Origin: Callorhinchus milii
Taxonomy: Eukaryota
DNA length: 64,000 nucleotides
Direction of reading: 5' to 3'
NCBI RefSeq assembly: GCF_018977255.1
Contig: NW_024704742.1
Span: 76,262,001-76,326,000 of the forward strand
The notes beneath the pieces are model-generated. The model saw only the letters and a program-made list of their open reading frames with translations, was not told where the DNA came from and ran no database searches. Both the position numbers and the translations under genes were made by a program. Of this stretch, positions 54,386 to 64,000 are shown one piece after another. The first letter of the stretch is position 1, and every line of letters begins with the position of its first letter.

Positions 54386-55265
54386 TTGATTAGATTGATA
54401 GGGTTGAAGTAGATCATGGAGGTAGGGTAAATTATGTCTTGACTTTGGTTATCTCATGGTTGTTTTACCACTTATCAGGGCAAAGTGAGAATTATGAGAA
54501 TCTTAATTACATGACAAGAACAGTTAATCTCTATAATAAAATACTATTTAGCATAACAAAGATTTTCTCTTAATAATGTGTTTTGGGCCTCAGTATGTTT
54601 CTGCTTTTGCCTCACTGTTATTCTACTGTTAAATGGGTTTGATGTTTCAAATAAAAAAATTATAAAAGAATGGAAGCCCAAGGTTATTTTCTTGATTTGA
54701 TTCTTTGGTGATTTATCTTTCAAAACAAATATGAAAAATGTCCTGAAAGCAAAATCCCAATCATTTCTGTTTGTGAATGGCACAATTTCAATCCTCAGTT
54801 TTACTGTGCTGAAGTGCACAATTCAAACAGAGCTAACACCAAGCAGTATTGAGACACTGGTCATCAGCTCAGCATAGAACAACTGGACAGCAATTTAACA
54901 TTATTAAACTTAACAGGAATGAATGCCAGTTAGCATTGCTTAAAATCATGCTTGCAACTGCTTCCTTGGCTGAGATCCTGCAATGTTCTACTGTGATTGG
55001 ATTGACGCTGCATGGGCGTTTACCCACTAGGCCTTTGGAAAGGGTTAATTTGTATAGCAACGTGTTGTAACAATGTTTGCTCATCCGTAAGTGAAATTAG
55101 ATTTTGATTGAGGAGTGCCCTTTTAATATAATTTTTTTGATGCAGTATGACAGACAGCAGGAAATGCAATGTCAGTTATGAAAGAAATCCAAAAGTGAAG
55201 GTTGAATTAACATTACAGTCAAGTGAAGTATCGCCTCCTGGGCTTCTGGATCTCAGCCACATGGA

Positions 55266-55466
55266 ACTCAGAGATTTCTATTGGTGCACCAAGTGAAATG
55301 ACGTTGATTGTGGTATTCCAGATGCAACACTTCAACAGGTGTATAAATACACGTGAACAACAAGTATCGACAGAAGGGAGAAGTCAAGCACATTCCGCAG
55401 ACTTGGGTGAAAGTAAATTTGCAAAGTTTTTTACCGAGCACATTCAACAAGCACCCGTTCCTGAAT
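55266..55466 (+). promoter_or_regulatory. EPGN: Putative EPGN core promoter and 5' UTR
   Basis: Reverse CCAAT (ATTGG, 55280-55284), TGACG half-CRE (55299-55303), TATAAAT (55342-55348) and CACGTG E-box (55350-55355). No ATG lies between the TATA box and the start codon at 55467. Confidence 0.65.
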
Positions 55467-55506
55467 ATGGAATATTCAGCTGGAAAATATATCGTAATAA
55501 TAAATG
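55467..55506 (+). CDS. EPGN: Epigen coding exon 1 (start of signal peptide)
   Basis: Strong Kozak context AATATGG; encodes MEYSAGKYIVIIN, then G|gtaagg (phase 1). Joins in frame to the next exon, paralleling human MALGVPISVYLLFN-AMTA. Confidence 0.8.
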
Positions 55507-56875
55507 GTAAGGCTCTCTATTTTACAATACATTAAATCTGTTTGCCTACCTTTGGCACTTAGATTGTTTCTATAACCTGTTTAAAATTGACAAATTGATT
55601 GCCTAGGACTTGTTAACACCACTTATTGTACAGCACGAGTTAAAGTAGAATTATGGAAAACTATCTTAAGCACATTTTGCACGTTCAGCCTTGTCTTGAG
55701 GCTCAGAGTAAGCAGCAGTGTTTCTGGAAGTAATCAGCAGTATCATATCTTGGATGCTGTCAAAATGGTTCATTTCAGTGATTTACCATGGAATGTTTAC
55801 AGCACAGAAGGAGATCATGCTTTTCATTGTGTGCAGTTTTCAAAAAGCACAAGCTTATTATTATAACTTTATAACAATATCAACTTTAGAATTTGAGAAC
55901 TCCTGTAAATTAACCTGGTCCAACATAATTTCCAACACAAGACCTGAAACTAAGTACAATTATTTTAAGCAGAACTGCAATTAATTAATACTTGAAATAA
56001 TGCACTTTGCACCCCTAAGAGCTGGGACCAGTTGTATCACGAGAGCTGTCAAGGCATGAACTTTCTCAAATACATGTAAACCAAGCAAAAAGAACCTGCT
56101 CTTTTTATCAAGAAGATTGCTCATCTCTCATCGTACACTTCCTGGGGGTCATAACACCATTGCGAGTGTTGCCTGCAGTAATTGTTTTTGATTGTTAGAA
56201 CTATTGAAGAATGGAACAGTATTTGTCTGCCTGGTGTGGTGTTGTGCTCAACCACCTTGTTTCAGTTTTGTTTTCTTGCCACGTTATGCAGAATTTATCA
56301 GTCAGACTAAGATATTGTTATCGCCAGGATTAGACCTTGACAAGCAAACAATTGGATCTATCGCGTTCTTTACAATTTTTTCCCTACCTGTGCCTGTGGC
56401 ACTATCTTCAATGCAATTCATTGCTTTGCAGACATTTGGTACAGTATAGCGCCGCCTCACATTGGGAGGATGTCCCAAAGTGCTTCTCAGGATATACTGT
56501 AAAGTGAAGTGTCTATGTTTTGTGGGCCAATATGTATTTCTGTAAAGTTCATTGTCTTTCCACAAGACTGTAATGGATTGACCTTCGCTACTGTGTGAAT
56601 GTAAAGCCAATAATATAGCACCATTTTAAAGAGAGAAAATGCTACCACAATGTAACACTGTTTGTTTAACTGAAATATGAACAGACAGTATAATTATACA
56701 GAGATGTGTTAACAAATTGCGTATTTGATGCTTTCAGCTATCGATTGATAACTGCGATAAGATAAGTCATTCATGAGATAATTAGAGAGGTGTGGATAAA
56801 CAAGCCCTTTGGCCCATTTGATCTCATCCTTTCAGAATGCCCAACTTATTATCTACCTATTGCAGCATCAAAAGG

Positions 56876-57070
56876 AAGAAATTCCACCTGTGACATTTAG
56901 AGAGTCCACAATTTGACAAAATCTTAAATACAACCTTCATTTTGAAGCTGCTTTCTCTGTAGGTTCTTTGATGAACTACAGAAAATCAGCTTCAAATTAA
57001 ATTTGTCAAATTCTGGATGCTCTGAAATATTACATAAATAGAATAAATTTAGATCCAAGTGGAATTTCTC
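56876..57070. mobile_element. Palindromic MITE-like element in EPGN intron 1
   Basis: Nested inverted pairs: AGAAATTCCAC/GTGGAATTTCT, ATTTGACAAA/TTTGTCAAAT, TTTGAAGCTG/CAGCTTCAAA and TCTGTAG/CTACAGA. Confidence 0.7.
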
Positions 57071-57335
57071 GTCAGAAGCTGTTTCCTGAATCAATCCGGT
57101 GTTCTAGTCCCAACCACCCTTTCTGGAATCCCATTCCACCTGTTAACTACCCTTTATGTAAAGAAATGCTTTGTGGTATCTATCCTGAAATTATCGGTTG
57201 GAGTTGAGTACCTGTGCCCCTAGTCCTGCTGTTTGGGAGCCTCAGTGCTGGTTTGCACCTAGTTAAGCACCAAATATGAAATACAACAGAGTTCTGCTAC
57301 AGAGTTGCCATTAAATGATCATTTCTCTTTTCTAG

Positions 57336-57461
57336 CTATCATCGCAATGACTAACGCTGGGAATATATTGAGCAAGACAGCTGCCCCCGGTTTATTGTCG
57401 GCTTCAGATGTGCTTCAGAATGAGTTGGAATCTGCAGCACAAAATAAACCAGCTCAGAAAG
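57336..57461 (+). CDS. EPGN: Epigen coding exon 2 (end of signal peptide and pro-region)
   Basis: tttctcttttctag|CT...AAAG|gtatgg, 126 bp, phase 1-1. Encodes (A)IIAMTNAGNILSKTAAPGLLSASDVLQNELESAAQNKPAQK. Confidence 0.8.
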
Positions 57462-57893
57462 GTATGGACAAAGTGAAATTGCAGGTCTTCAGTTGGATGG
57501 TGGTAGTCAGAGCTTTCTCAGATGGCTTGAGTGCCCCTTGAGTGAGGGAAAGGGAAACATAAGCCTGGATTCCTGCACTTTCTAGTGTGGATGTATGTGA
57601 CTACCAGGTAAGGACTAAAATCAGACTTAGTTCTGAAGTCCCTACAGTCTTGGGTCTTGATGACAGGGCACCGTTTCCTGGCAGCCTGCAGTCTAGATTT
57701 GGACCCAAGTTGTTTTATGCAGATTGTGGAGGCCTTGGTCCAAATCCCTTTTTCCATCCAATGCAGTTCCTGATTTAATTTCTGCATGTACTTTACCATA
57801 CTGCTACGTTATGGGCAGAGTTTGGGCAAGGCTGGTAAGTTGCGGTGGGCAGGCTGGAATTTGGCACATAACCCAGCTCGAGCTGTTTGTTTT

Positions 57894-57942
57894 TGAATGA
57901 GGTGGGGATGGAGCTGAGCCAGCTCCATCCCCACCTCATTCA
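57894..57942. repeat. Perfect 23-bp inverted repeat with a 3-nt spacer
   Basis: TGAATGAGGTGGGGATGGAGCTG-agc-CAGCTCCATCCCCACCTCATTCA. Confidence 0.95.
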
Positions 57943-60735
57943 TAGAGGGCATAGAGGGTAAAGGAAATGAGACTGAGGGAAATACAATTAGAATTAATAA
58001 ATTATGTTGCAGTGAATCAGATAGGGTACAAGCAAAAAAAAGGGGCAAAAAATCTTTGTATTTGACATGGTGCATTTTACTCTGGGAGAATGTTTCAAAA
58101 CATTTCACAGGTTATACTGTACAATGACTGATATTTTGTAAGCGAACATAGGCAGACAATTTGTACCCAGCAATGTCCCACAAACAGCCCAACAATGTCT
58201 CACAAACAAACAGTGAAGTGAATGACCAATTTCCATCTGGGAGATTGTTGGTCAGAACAATGGGAAAATCTCCCTTCTCTTTTTGAGTCATGCCAAGGGA
58301 TCTTTAACGTTTATCTGATGGTACGGCACTCCCGACATTACAGACATTCCCAGCATTACATTGGAGTGTCAGCCTAGATGATTGAGCTTAAAATCCCGAT
58401 GTGGGGCTTGAGGTGAGAATATGACAGACTGAGTCATACTGAAAAGAAAGGAATTCATGGACCACGTTATTGTACATTCTATGAACATCACACTGCTAAT
58501 ACTGTTTACTAACTATTTACAGAAGGCTGCCTGAAACTTACATTAATGGTGCAATGATAGGACTACAATGTCCACACCATGTAAATTATAACAAGTGCAC
58601 ATTAACAACTAAACCATTTGTCGCTATTCCAAGCAATTTTGAAACCTCAAATCAGAAGTCAAAAACTGATTCTCTCTATACAGGCATAGAGCAGATACAG
58701 TAAATATGAGGTTAGGTTAGATTTCAGAGTTTATAATTTTAAAAAACAATACCCTTTGGGAAGATCAAGATTTTCACACAAATAATCTTTTTTACTTGAA
58801 AGCAATTTTTCACTAGATTTCTTGCTGTGCCTGCCAGTCTTTGTAATTTAAGATCCATATACTGTGGGGAGTTTCTCTTGATGTCCAAAACCAACACTCC
58901 TTCAAACACATTGGTCATTCACCTTACAGCTGTTTGGGGGACATTGCTGGTGCAAATGACTGCGTTACTTGCTTGCTAAAACAATTACTACACTTGACAA
59001 TAATTAGTTGAGACATTTTGATACTTCAACTTGTTATAAAAATATACAGATCCTTTCTTTAGGATAGTTCTCATTGTACATTTGTGATGTAGAAGGATGA
59101 GATTAGAGGTGTCGAAGGGCCTTTTTCATCTGAACCAAACCTGTAACCTTTGTGGTATGAATCTTATATTGGAAAACTTCCATTATCAGCTCATGCTGCA
59201 TCTTAATACCTGCTGATTGGTAAGGTTACCAACAAACATCAAGGGTGCCTTTCAAGATGGGCAAACTTGCCAATGAGAGGGGAATCATCCCCTTGAGCTT
59301 GGCATGATGAGACAGCTCACCACACTTGTCAGCACTTGCCATAGCTATGAAGCTCTTTGCTTAGAAAGGGTTCAGGTCAACAATTAAATATAATTATACA
59401 TTGTAGGGGAAATGGGAAGGCACAATTAATGAATGGGTGATTAAAGAGGCATATAAAATTATACATGAATGACATTCCTTTGACAGTGAGTAACATTGGG
59501 CACGTACTAATTATTCTGTCATATGGCAGACTCCAGTCAGTTGTATTGTTGATTGATTTTGTGTCCTTCTCACAAAGATCATGTAGATCATGTATCAGCA
59601 GCCCTCGGGTTGTTACATTAGTTATTTTCCAATTATATCATCAGCAAGATGGCATTTTCTTATTTTTATTTCTCATACCTTCTCTAGGTTAAAGAGAATA
59701 TAATAACCCACAGCCCATCCCTTGGATCATGGCATGTGGAACTCTTGTGACAACCTCCCCGGAGCAGGGAAGGAGTTATATGCGACACCCTTCAAACCCC
59801 AATGCAACATTCACTGACTTGTCCCGTTAACCCTCCCATTACGTCCTCTGACATCAGAATTGGAAAACGACATTGATTTCAACTTGAACGAAACATTCAA
59901 AACGTGGCCCTTTTCTACTCTTTACATTTAAAACATAATGCGTAGAAGAGCACTGTCCTTTTAGGAAAGTTGTACTAAATAGCTGATATAGCTTTCATTA
60001 TACTCTTAGCAAACATTCCCAGTTCGTTCCTTAAAGAACTCACATGTTATAATCCATGTAATAAGATGCAATTTTAAATCAATTGTATTTAATACAAGAT
60101 ATTAGAAGGTCAAGACCTCTCAAAGCACTTCAGATAATGAGTTACCCTGAAGTTACTCTGAATTCCTTTTCTTTACTGACTCTTTTGTTGCTTAGCTAAA
60201 TCTCTATCCACCCATTGACAAGTGCCCAATTCCAGTGTCAGATTATCCCATGAATGGAATCCATAAGCCTCTGGATCTATTTCCCTTGTTTTCTTTCTAC
60301 GTATCTATCTATGTAACTCAGGACAAGCTGAGATTTCAACTTGCAAATTCAGGTCAGTTCTGTTTAGTGATTCACTGACCAATACCTTCACCCACTGCAA
60401 AGAGTCTCAGGCAGTCACAACTGTTGGGAGCCAGCGGTTCAATCTGTAATAAAATTGTTGAAAGTCTTTGCTCTTAATCCAGCCTATTTACCTTAAAGAG
60501 CAATTGCAAAAGAGTGTGGATGCTTCAAAGTTGCTTTGAAAATCCAACGGCAAGTTGACAACACCTTGACTGGAGATGAAGGATTTTCTGGCTACCCACA
60601 CTATAATGTTTCAGGAATGCTCAAGCTGTTCAGTTACAGGTAGATACTATTTTAATTATACATAACAGCTTTTTCAAAATATGATGAGGTAACTACACTA
60701 CCCCTTTTATTTTGGATACAATAAAAAGTATTTGA

Positions 60736-61150
60736 TAATAATAATCTTTGCACTTGATATAGCGCCTTACTGCGTCATTGAGACGTCTCAAAGCACTTCA
60801 CAAGATATACTGTGGGCAACTGAAATTTGTGGGCAAAACGTGGCAGCCAGTTGTGCATAGCAGTGTCCCACAAACATGAAGTGAGTGACCAATTTTATTT
60901 GGGGGGATTGTTGGCCAGGACACCGGGAGAAACTCCCTTCTCTTTTCGATAGTGCCATGCGATCTCTAACGTCCACCTAAATAGGCAGACAAGGCCTTGG
61001 TTTTACGTATCATCCAAAGGACGGCCCCTCCGACAATGCAGCACACGCCCAGCACTGTATTGAGGATACATTTTGACATTCCGTATTCCACAACCTTCTA
61101 ACTCAGAGACGACAGTGTAAAGTGTCGACCACAGAGCCAGGTTGACACAA
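60736..61150 (-). mobile_element. Family B SINE, near full length
   Basis: Same motifs as 43812-44215 on the opposite strand. Confidence 0.8.
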
Positions 61151-61429
61151 GATGTGATTTTACGTCAACTGCCAATAGATTACTGCAATCTGATCCAGTG
61201 AGGTTAGTAATGAGAATCATGGCTCGGAGCAGTATTCCCAGTTTCTGATGTTACAGCAGCAGGTATGAATACACAACAGAGAGCATTGCATTAAATCTGG
61301 CTCAGACACCAGGAAAAGTTCAACAACCTTCCTTGTACTGCTTAGGGTTTATGGTTGAACATGCTTCTCCTCTGAATGTAATTTCTTGAAAGAAAGTTAA
61401 CTTGCTGTGAAAGCGGAGAAATAGCATCC

Positions 61430-61889
61430 AGTGCAGATCATCCAGAAGTTTGCAGCCTATATCCTCTTCCGGATCAGGCTTCATGCCCCTGTCAACCCCA
61501 TCCTAGGGCATCCACTGGTTCCTCAACACTCAGCAGATCAAATTCAAGATTTTTGACCTCATTTTGAAATTCTTCCATGGCCTTTTACTTACCTCTACAA
61601 CCTCCTGTGCAATACTGCCCTGGCCGTTTCCTCCACTTAGCCTGTTTCATTTCCACCTTATGATCCTCTCCACCATCGATGGGCGAGCCTTCAGCCACTC
61701 TGCTCCCGCTCGCTAGAACTCCATCTTGGAGTGTCTCCATTTCGCCCCATCTCTCTGTACCTTCAAAACCCACCTGTTTGACTGTGCTTTCAGCCACCTT
61801 TCCCTCCCAAAGCTCAGGTACCCAGCCAGCTGTGTGAAGCACTTTTGAGAGTGAAAAATGCTGTATAAGTGTAAATTGTTGTTGTTGTT
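61430..61889 (+). mobile_element. Degenerate L2 3' fragment ending about 35 nt before EPGN exon 3
   Basis: CACTGG...ATCAAATTCAAGAT (HW...IKFKI) and GGGCGAGCCTTCAGCC (GRAFS), then a (GTT)n tail. Confidence 0.75.
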
Positions 61890-61924
61890 AATGGTCATTC
61901 AACATTTTTTTGTTTGTTTCACAG

Positions 61925-62054
61925 AAGCCCAAGAACTTCCTGCAGTCCTATTAGTTCAAAAACCTTGTCATAAAGATGATAAAAGCTACTGTATGAACGG
62001 CATCTGCACCTACCAAGATGATCAGGATCAAAGTATGAAACACCGCATGTGTGT
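61925..62054 (+). CDS. EPGN: Epigen coding exon 3 (EGF domain, Cys1-Cys4)
   Basis: tttcacag|AA...TGTGT|gtaagt, phase 1-2. Encodes (E)AQELPAVLLVQKPCHKDDKSYCMNGICTYQDDQDQSMKHRMC(V). An intron between Cys4 and Cys5 is typical of ErbB ligands. Confidence 0.9.
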
Positions 62055-62732
62055 GTAAGTCTTGAAGATTTTAGATTATTATTAAACCCCTTCATAATCC
62101 TGAGACTCTTTACTGAACCACATCCAAAGTCAAAGTTGCGAAAGAAAGAGAGAAAGAAAGTTAGAGAGAAAGCTTGCTGGTTGGGGAATCGCTTTCTTAA
62201 CTTAGCGCTGACCAAATCTGAGGGGTTTATTTTGCGACATTTCTTAATATGTAATCCTGTTTGAATTTACTTGATCTGCAGGAACTCTGCCCTGGAAGTG
62301 GATTGCAGGGAAGCAGAAGTCAGCACAATGTTCTTTCGGATACTGGAAGGGCTCTCCATTAGTGGAACTCTGATTCTTAAAAAGGAACTTAAATAGGATT
62401 GGAAAAGTAAACCCAGAACAATAATTTAAAATATACCAAGATAGTAGGTCAAGAGGACATAGTTTTACAATTGCAAAGGGCAACTTCAAGATAGATACCA
62501 AGAAATGTTTCTTCAGATAGAGATAATTAACGACCGGAACAGGTTGCTAGGAAAGGTGGTTGAGGCCAGTGATGAGATTCGATAGGTTGAAAGACCTTTT
62601 TCATCTAAACTCATCTTGTCATCTTGAGAATCTGGTCGGGTCTTGATTTAGGCTTACAAAAGTAAGTCAAATTAATTATACAAACAGAACAAAGTTTAAA
62701 ATACACATGTGTGAAATCTTCCTTTGTTTCAG

Positions 62733-62885
62733 TTGTCATGCAGGATACACAGGAGACAGGTGCCAGCACATGACATTAACATCTCATACAACTGAAGATT
62801 CAGAAAGGTATATAGCCATTGTCATTGGATCAGGGTTCCTGCTCATCGCACTAGCTGGTGTTCTCTTCTATTTCATTCATTACAG
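62733..62885 (+). CDS. EPGN: Epigen coding exon 4 (EGF Cys5-Cys6, juxtamembrane stalk, transmembrane helix)
   Basis: tttcag|T...TACAG|gtaagc, phase 2-2. Encodes CHAGYTGDRCQHMTLTSHTTEDSERYIAIVIGSGFLLIALAGVLFYFIHY(R), compare human [37 protein letters not shown]. Confidence 0.92.
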
Positions 62886-62990
62886 GTAAGCACAACAACA
62901 ACAACTTGCACTTGCCCTCCATGCAGGGTAGCGTCTCAGAGCGCTTAAAACACAAGGCAGTCAGATTACAACTCCCTTTAAACATTATTA

Positions 62991-63231
62991 GGGAGAAATT
63001 CCACCTAGCTCCAGACTTACTCTCCTTATGTAGAATTAGAATGTCCAGAACTAGAACATTATTGAATTTAGTCCTAACTTTGAGCTTCGATTTCTGACCT
63101 TAGAAGAACTAAACAGATAAACAACTTAAAAATTAAGGCTGTATTTAAGAATTTGTCAAATTCAGAACACATTAAAATGCTACATAAAAAGAGTAAATCT
63201 CCTTTTGTATTGTGTTATAGGTGAATCCTCC
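62991..63231. mobile_element. Second copy of the same palindromic MITE-like family, downstream of EPGN exon 4
   Basis: GGAGAAATTCCACCTAG...TAGGTGAATCCTCC termini and TTACTCTCCTTATGTAG/CTACATAAAAAGAGTAA arms. 63113-63160 matches the reverse complement of 56911-56960. Confidence 0.65.
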
Positions 63232-64000
63232 ATAATGGAAACTGACAGATTTATGAATATTATACACTTTAAAAAAGAAAAGTTGCACTTCTGCATGAAC
63301 ATTTAAAAAAAAGTCCCCAGAAGGGCAGTCCAAGTTTCTCCTCAGCACCTAATTCCTGCTCTCACCAAATTCCTTTCTTGGCTCTATCTCCTGTCTCATT
63401 ACTTTTGCTGCTGAGAACTCTAGTTCATTAACTGGTTCTCAAAGGAGATTATTTCTGGTCAGTCGGGTATCTGACATATGCAAAAACACATCACCATACT
63501 TAAGAGTATGCAAACCAGACTGATAGTTCCAAGTTTGTATGCCATCTACACATGTACACATGTGTCTGGAATAGAAATATGCATTCTCTCCCCCAGATTG
63601 ACATACCATGCTTACCTATTTCTTGACACCATTGAGTGCAGGTTTATGAGAGCCAAGGCATGGAGACATCAGAGTATATGTTGGGATACTACTGGAATTC
63701 AACCAACTAAAATCACATTGCTTGCCTTTCAAAGCACTGCAGACTTCTCACTGTTTGTCCATTTAGGACCACCCTACCCAAGAGGGCTTTGGGTTGTGGG
63801 GTTAACAGTAGATGAGTGGAAAGGATCTTACTGACAGTGCCTTGTTTGCTCTCCAAGTCCCCTTATTGCCTCACCATGATAATTTACTTCAGTTGCAGCT
63901 GCTAGCAGTAATAAATCAATCGCTGAAAACCTAACAAGCCTCCAAAACTGATATAACTTTACATAATCACTGTCTTGATAATTCACATCAGCAACAGTGA

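Noticed and set aside
63171..63224. Frame reading IKMLHKKSKSPFVLCYR*, resembling the human epigen tail LKLKSPYNVC, and a possible acceptor at 63220
   Set aside because: No good in-phase acceptor precedes it, and the sequence is the right arm and terminal repeat of a palindromic element also present at 56876-57070. The resemblance is probably coincidental.
1..64000. CRISPR arrays, operons or prokaryotic defence-type systems
   Set aside because: The sequence is eukaryotic with spliced genes, and the recurring short repeats are dispersed retroposon tails rather than regularly spaced arrays.

Overview
Vertebrate genomic DNA. The repeat content (abundant L2 and CR1 LINEs, Deu-domain SINEs) suggests a cartilaginous fish, possibly a chimaera; this is an inference. 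Two + strand genes are present. The first is the last four coding exons of MTHFD2L (3021-41318). The second is epigen, EPGN, with its promoter and coding exons 1-4 (about 55270-62885); its last exon was not found. The order matches the human MTHFD2L-EPGN locus. The rest is intronic or intergenic and dense in retroelements: L2 and CR1 fragments, two SINE families with L2-type tails, degraded Gypsy-like remnants and palindromic MITE-like elements. I found no clearly new multi-gene system. The most unusual observations are: a rearranged (inverted plus direct) copy of the EPGN promoter inserted into a SINE 3.5 kb upstream; an epigen EGF domain with a 14-residue C3-C4 loop; an apparent gene-conversion tract between two L2 copies flanking the last MTHFD2L exon; and a perfect 23-bp hairpin in EPGN intron 2. 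Exon boundaries were checked base by base. Repeat boundaries are approximate, and identities were counted by eye.
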